Shown piece by piece: positions 59,618 to 64,000 of a DNA stretch of 64,000 nucleotides (positions are counted from its first letter, which is position 1; each line of letters begins with the position of its first letter). The stretch spans positions 18,936 to 82,935 of the forward strand of contig CAZBQI010000002.1 in assembly GCA_964494105.1 (NCBI GenBank). Direction: 5' to 3'. This DNA is from an uncultured Candidatus Saccharibacteria bacterium. Its GTDB lineage: Bacteria > Patescibacteriota > Saccharimonadia > CAZBQI01. A program made the position numbers and the translations under genes. The notes beneath the pieces were generated by a model. The model did no database searches. It was not told where the DNA came from and saw nothing but the letters and a program-made list of their open reading frames with translations.

Positions 59618-60373
59618 TTAGTTTGCGCTAAACTTTAGGGTTTTTGTGACCATGGTTATAAACGTTTCGAGTTCATTCGGATAATTTTGCTCTTGTGCAT
59701 ATGAAGCTACGTATGTTCGATTATTGGTAAAGAATACGTACATGACGTTTTTTGTTCCCTTGTTGCGTAAGCCCTGCCCATTATCAACAAAACTTACTCT
59801 TGTGCCTTTAACTCCATTCAAAGCTACTGACTCTGTTTTGAAATCTTCTTGGAAACCCGGGTCGGCTGTTGTTATCTCCTTTACTTTATCACCTGCTGTT
59901 GACGCAATTGTAATTAGACTCGCCTTATCGGATTGACATATGGCTAGAGACTCCGTTGTTGGTGCGGTATGAAAGCCAATACTAGCTCCTTCACACTCAG
60001 TTAGGGTCGCCCAGGTTGGTGGATACTTCAAACTAAAACCTTGGGTTTTATCTTCATAGCTTTTCCAATCAGCTAATTCTTCGAGTTGTTCATTTGCGTT
60101 TTCTGCCGATGCTTTGTTTTGCAAAAGCTTAACCTGATTTTGTAATTGGGTAATTTGCTCTTGTTTCTTTGTAATCTGGTTATTTTGATAAGTCCAGGTC
60201 CCGGCAACACCGGCAAACATAAGTAGCACACCAATTACTACCAGTATTAAGCTTTTGACCAAGCCTTTCTTATCACTATTTGGCTGATATTTCTCACCAG
60301 GCTCCACCGGAGGCATATAAGAATTAGGGTGCTCTTCTTGCTTACTGGATTGATTATTCTGTTCTTGTTCCAT
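59618..60373 (-). CDS. Membrane-anchored PsbP-like domain protein
   Basis: TM, coiled coil, WKSYED...GFSLKYPPTW. Confidence 0.7.
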   Translation of the reverse strand: MEQEQNNQSSKQEEHPNSYMPPVEPGEKYQPNSDKKGLVKSLILVVIGVLLMFAGVAGTWTYQNNQITKKQEQITQLQNQVKLLQNKASAENANEQLEELADWKSYEDKTQGFSLKYPPTWATLTECEGASIGFHTAPTTESLAICQSDKASLITIASTAGDKVKEITTADPGFQEDFKTESVALNGVKGTRVSFVDNGQGLRNKGTKNVMYVFFTNNRTYVASYAQEQNYPNELETFITMVTKTLKFSAN

Positions 60374-60402
60374 TGCTATAAAGCCTATTATAACCTATGT
60401 GA

Positions 60403-61554
60403 CTACAAGTAGTTCTGGCCGGGGTCTGTAACTAAAATGTCATGCGGGTGGTTTTCATTCAAACTGGCTTGAGTAATTTGAGTGAATTTTGCTTTCTTCC
60501 ATAGCTCATTAATGTTTCTGGCCCCGACATAGAAAAATCCAGAGCGAATACCGCCCTCTAGTTGATCTACCACGTCTTGTAGAGTGCCACGATATGGCGT
60601 AAAGCCTTCAACTCCCTCCGCCACCAGCACCTTGCGCGAACTAAAGCTTTTGCCGTGAAATTCATCTTCGGCTTGAATGGATGCACCGTGCTTCATTGCC
60701 GGTAAGCTACCCATACCCCGGTATTGTTTAAACTTAAATTTATTAGTTTTGCCGTTCAATATGCTTTGAAAACGCCTCGGGACATTTTTGGCCTCTAACT
60801 CCACGACTCTGCCTGGGGCCTCCTTGGTACCGGCAAACATCGAGCCCATCATAACCGTACTTGCGCCGGCGGCTAGAGCTTTTACAATTTCGCCGGAGTG
60901 CTTGATGCCGCCATCTGCAATTACCGGTACGCCGTGTTTTTTGGCAACTGAAGCTGACTCTATAATGGCAGTTATTTGAGGTACGCCCATTCCGGAAATA
61001 ACTCGTGTTGTGCAAATACTGCCCGGCCCCATGCCCACACGCAGACCATCGGCACCGGCATCTATTAATGCTTTGGCAGCGTCAGCCGTAGCAATACTAC
61101 CCGCAATAACTTGTAGTTTCGGATAAGTTTTTTTTATGTACTTGAGCGCATCAATCACGAATTTCGTGTATCCGTGCGCCGTATCAATTACTACTACGTC
61201 TACCTTTGAGTCTACTAGCGCTCTGACGCGTTTTTCATAACCCTTCATAGTGCCTATTGCCGCACCGGCGATCTGCTTTTGTAGCTTAACTTTCTTGATT
61301 TCCACTACTTGGTTTTTAATGCTTAAACTACGATGGATAATACCAATACCGCCAATTTTAGCCAGCGAAATTGCTAGTTTGCTCTCGGTTACTGTGTCCA
61401 TAGGCGATGAAACCAGTGGAAAACTAAGTTTTATTTTTTTAGTCAGTTGTGTTGAAAGATCAATATCGGAGCGGGTAAAGTCGACGTATCCCGGCAACAG
61501 TAAAATGTCATCATACGTAAGGCCTTTTAGGAATTTTTGATCCTCTATACCCAT
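60403..61554 (-). CDS. guaB: IMP dehydrogenase without CBS domains (GuaB/GuaC family)
   Basis: [38 protein letters not shown]. Confidence 0.9.
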   Translation of the reverse strand: MGIEDQKFLKGLTYDDILLLPGYVDFTRSDIDLSTQLTKKIKLSFPLVSSPMDTVTESKLAISLAKIGGIGIIHRSLSIKNQVVEIKKVKLQKQIAGAAIGTMKGYEKRVRALVDSKVDVVVIDTAHGYTKFVIDALKYIKKTYPKLQVIAGSIATADAAKALIDAGADGLRVGMGPGSICTTRVISGMGVPQITAIIESASVAKKHGVPVIADGGIKHSGEIVKALAAGASTVMMGSMFAGTKEAPGRVVELEAKNVPRRFQSILNGKTNKFKFKQYRGMGSLPAMKHGASIQAEDEFHGKSFSSRKVLVAEGVEGFTPYRGTLQDVVDQLEGGIRSGFFYVGARNINELWKKAKFTQITQASLNENHPHDILVTDPGQNYL

Positions 61555-61607
61555 AACTTATTCTAGAAAATCTAGCGACCCCTGTCAATCGCAAACGCAA
61601 GATCCGG

Positions 61608-62006
61608 CTATTCGTCTAGAGTTTCGGCCAGCTGTTTGAGCGGACCAACATAATACTCATCCCATCCATTACTAATATTCCTCGCTGCTTTATCGGGCAC
61701 TTTAGAATGGGTTAACTCTAATATCGTGTAGCCTTTTTCCGCCCGAAGCATGAAAACCACTTCAGATGCTTCTTCGAAATTATCTGACTCGCTATACCAA
61801 TCTTGCCTAAGCAACTTATTATTTACTACTTCCTTGTTTTCCCCATATATATCTCCATCCCATAGCTTAAACCTGGTACCAACTTGATCGTTCATAACTA
61901 CGCCCGGTCCACCGCCCCATGATTCTATAGACGCCGAATCTGTCAGTGCTTTCCATACAAGCTCTACAGGAGCATTGATTCTATATGACTTCTTTATTAT
62001 TTTCAT
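61608..62006 (-). CDS. SRPBCC/Aha1 domain protein
   Basis: INAPVELVWKALTD, GWDEYY. Confidence 0.88.
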   Translation of the reverse strand: MKIIKKSYRINAPVELVWKALTDSASIESWGGGPGVVMNDQVGTRFKLWDGDIYGENKEVVNNKLLRQDWYSESDNFEEASEVVFMLRAEKGYTILELTHSKVPDKAARNISNGWDEYYVGPLKQLAETLDE

Positions 62007-62109
62007 AGCCAACCAGAAACTAGTTGCGCTAGTTCTACATTTCTGCCGTGAAATCCGTGATCTGCATCGTTTAGGATTTTATTAGTGAACTGAACCAACT
62101 TCAAATTAT

Positions 62110-62673
62110 TCATTGTTTTACACCTAGTAAGCCAGTTGCAAGTCCTGCTCTCAGAATTACCGAAATCGTTATTGACTCTATAATTGATTGGTTTTTTATC
62201 AACTTAATAACATCATTAAATGCGACAAATTCGCAATTAGTAATTCCCTCGTCCTCCTGCTCGGCTCCCGAAACTTCCTTCAGTTTGCGGGCTACAAAAA
62301 TGTCTCCACCTATCCTGGTAGCGCCGCTCATGACGTTTAGCTTACCAATATTCTCCCACTGCTCAGCGGCTAAACCAGTCTCTTCGCGTAGCTCTCTTTT
62401 TGCAGCAAAAAGTGGTTCCTGATGATCTGTAAATCCTCCGGGGACTTCTACCGATTTTTTATTATGAGGGTAACGATACTGCGTAACCATGCATATTTCG
62501 TTCTGATGATTAAGCGCAACTATCCATACTCCGGGACCCGGTGGTTGCTCAATAACACTATAAATTCCGGGGCGACCGTCGGGATGAACTACCTCGTCTT
62601 CAAGCACGCGTATCCATTCGCTCTCGTAAACAACTTTCGACGATTTTCGTTGATATGGCTGTAAATTACTCAT
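62110..62673 (-). CDS. NUDIX hydrolase (ADP-ribose pyrophosphatase-like)
   Basis: QYRYP, EVPGG....PLFAAKRELREETG. Confidence 0.9.
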   Translation of the reverse strand: MSNLQPYQRKSSKVVYESEWIRVLEDEVVHPDGRPGIYSVIEQPPGPGVWIVALNHQNEICMVTQYRYPHNKKSVEVPGGFTDHQEPLFAAKRELREETGLAAEQWENIGKLNVMSGATRIGGDIFVARKLKEVSGAEQEDEGITNCEFVAFNDVIKLIKNQSIIESITISVILRAGLATGLLGVKQ

Positions 62674-63479
62674 TACACTACCTGCTCAGGATTCCAGCAA
62701 GTTCGAAGGTCCTCATTTAGTGCGCCAATTAACTCCATATCAGCATCGCTAATACTAAAATCGAATACCTCAAAATTCTCTTTAATACGGGCCGGGTGCG
62801 AAGATTTTGGTATAACAATATTGCCTAGTTGTAGACTCCAGCGAATCATAATTTGGGCAGTTGTTTTTTTATATTTCTTAGACAGGCTAGTAATAGTTGA
62901 GTTTTCCTGCCTGCGACCATGCGCCAGTGGGCTGTATGCTTCAAGTGCAATATTCTTGCTCTGGCAGTATTTTAGCAAAACTTTCTGATATAAATACGGA
63001 TGGAACTCAACCTGATTTACTGCCGGAACAACATTGGAATTTTGAATTAATTCTTCTAGATGTCGGGCTGTAAAGTTACTGACACCAATCGCTTTTACTT
63101 TGCCTTTGGCTAACTCACCTTCCAAAATCTTCCAGGTTCGCAAACGTTCTTTAACTGGCCAGTGAATAAGATATAAATCTACATAGTCGGTGCCAAGTCG
63201 ACGCAAGCTATCGTCAAGGGCTTTGACTGGATCTCTGTGTTGAGTGTTAAAAATTTTGGTGGTAATAAATACATCTTCGCGTTTCATGCCACTTGCCGAA
63301 ATTGCCTTACCAACTCGACTCTCATTTCGATAAATCCTGGCAGTATCTATATGTCGATAACCAATTTCTAATGCCGACGTGACTGCATGCTCAGCTTTGG
63401 GTCCAATAATCATCCATGTGCCCAGTCCAAGTTGCGGAATATTTACGCCATTATTAAGGGTAACCATCGGTGAGTCCAT
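62673..63479 (-). CDS. Aldo/keto reductase
   Basis: GYRHIDTA..Y.NE, DLYLIHWP, IGVSNF, IPKS. Confidence 0.95.
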   Translation of the reverse strand: MDSPMVTLNNGVNIPQLGLGTWMIIGPKAEHAVTSALEIGYRHIDTARIYRNESRVGKAISASGMKREDVFITTKIFNTQHRDPVKALDDSLRRLGTDYVDLYLIHWPVKERLRTWKILEGELAKGKVKAIGVSNFTARHLEELIQNSNVVPAVNQVEFHPYLYQKVLLKYCQSKNIALEAYSPLAHGRRQENSTITSLSKKYKKTTAQIMIRWSLQLGNIVIPKSSHPARIKENFEVFDFSISDADMELIGALNEDLRTCWNPEQVV

Positions 63480-63488
63480 TGCTTTATT

Positions 63489-64000
63489 CTAACACCTGTA
63501 AATCTGGCTTTCGGTTATCACCTCATCTAGCTTTATGTCATGTGCTTGAGCCGGAATGCTATCGACTTTCTGTAATTCGAAAGCCAAACCAATTTTTTTG
63601 GCACCCTGGAAGTGTGAAAGCAACTTATCGTAAAAACCACCTCCATGCCCAAGTCGATTTCCGCTTACATCAAAAGCTACTAGTGGTAGTAGAAAGACAT
63701 TAATTTCATTATTCGGTTGCATTTCACGAACCGTAGGGAAAACTTGTGTATTGAAACTTACGACATTCGCGCTAGTTACCATGCGAGACTTATGGGCTTG
63801 ATTAGCAATCGGCATATATATACTCATCGTAGGATAAGACGATTCTAAATGCTTAATTATTGGCTGGGTTAACGGCTCTTTCAGTGTGTCGAGCGCTTCG
63901 TAAATGTGTACAGCTTGGTTTTCACTCAACACAAGGTGATTTCTTAATTGCTGGAGGATGAGACTGCTTTTTCTCGCAATCTCTGCTTCGGTAAGGTTTT
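63489..64000 (-). CDS. 5-formyltetrahydrofolate cyclo-ligase (5' end beyond window)
   Basis: PLVAFD..GNRLGHGGGFYD, HDIKLD.VITE; frame is open to the window edge. Confidence 0.9.
   Translation of the reverse strand, partial: NLTEAEIARKSSLILQQLRNHLVLSENQAVHIYEALDTLKEPLTQPIIKHLESSYPTMSIYMPIANQAHKSRMVTSANVVSFNTQVFPTVREMQPNNEINVFLLPLVAFDVSGNRLGHGGGFYDKLLSHFQGAKKIGLAFELQKVDSIPAQAHDIKLDEVITESQIYRC

Noticed and set aside
1847-63703. Numerous antisense or nested ORFs in the track (e.g. 6592-6858, 44188-44646, 58807-59286)
   Set aside because: Shadows of well-supported genes on the opposite strand or frame

Overview
Gene-dense bacterial chromosome segment, mostly minus-strand. It is inferred to be Patescibacteria/CPR (Saccharimonadia-like) from the compact genes, short HrcA and ComEC, type IV pilus genes, sortases and rarity of Shine-Dalgarno sites. 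Housekeeping content: ruvCAB-yebC, hrcA-grpE-dnaK...dnaJ with CIRCE, gmk, lepA, murJ, ftsH, tilS, murC, tsaC, aspS, mscL/mscS, pyrBI, purA, guaB, folC/folK and four tRNAs (Lys-TTT plus three CAT tRNAs). Accessory content: two sortase systems, a heliorhodopsin, a double ATP-grasp/RimK-protease operon and orphan genes beside tRNAs. The most unusual signal is a family of short structured non-coding elements next to tRNA genes. Two of them duplicate the tRNA 3' arm with a ~60-nt covarying hairpin inserted in the T-loop, and all four carry GCGNAGC mini-hairpins on the tRNA-sense strand. Also notable are pervasive leaderless-type promoters, modular shuffling among LADTG-anchored surface proteins, and a 10-bp tandem array upstream of comEC. 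All product calls come from motif recognition by eye; no searches were run.
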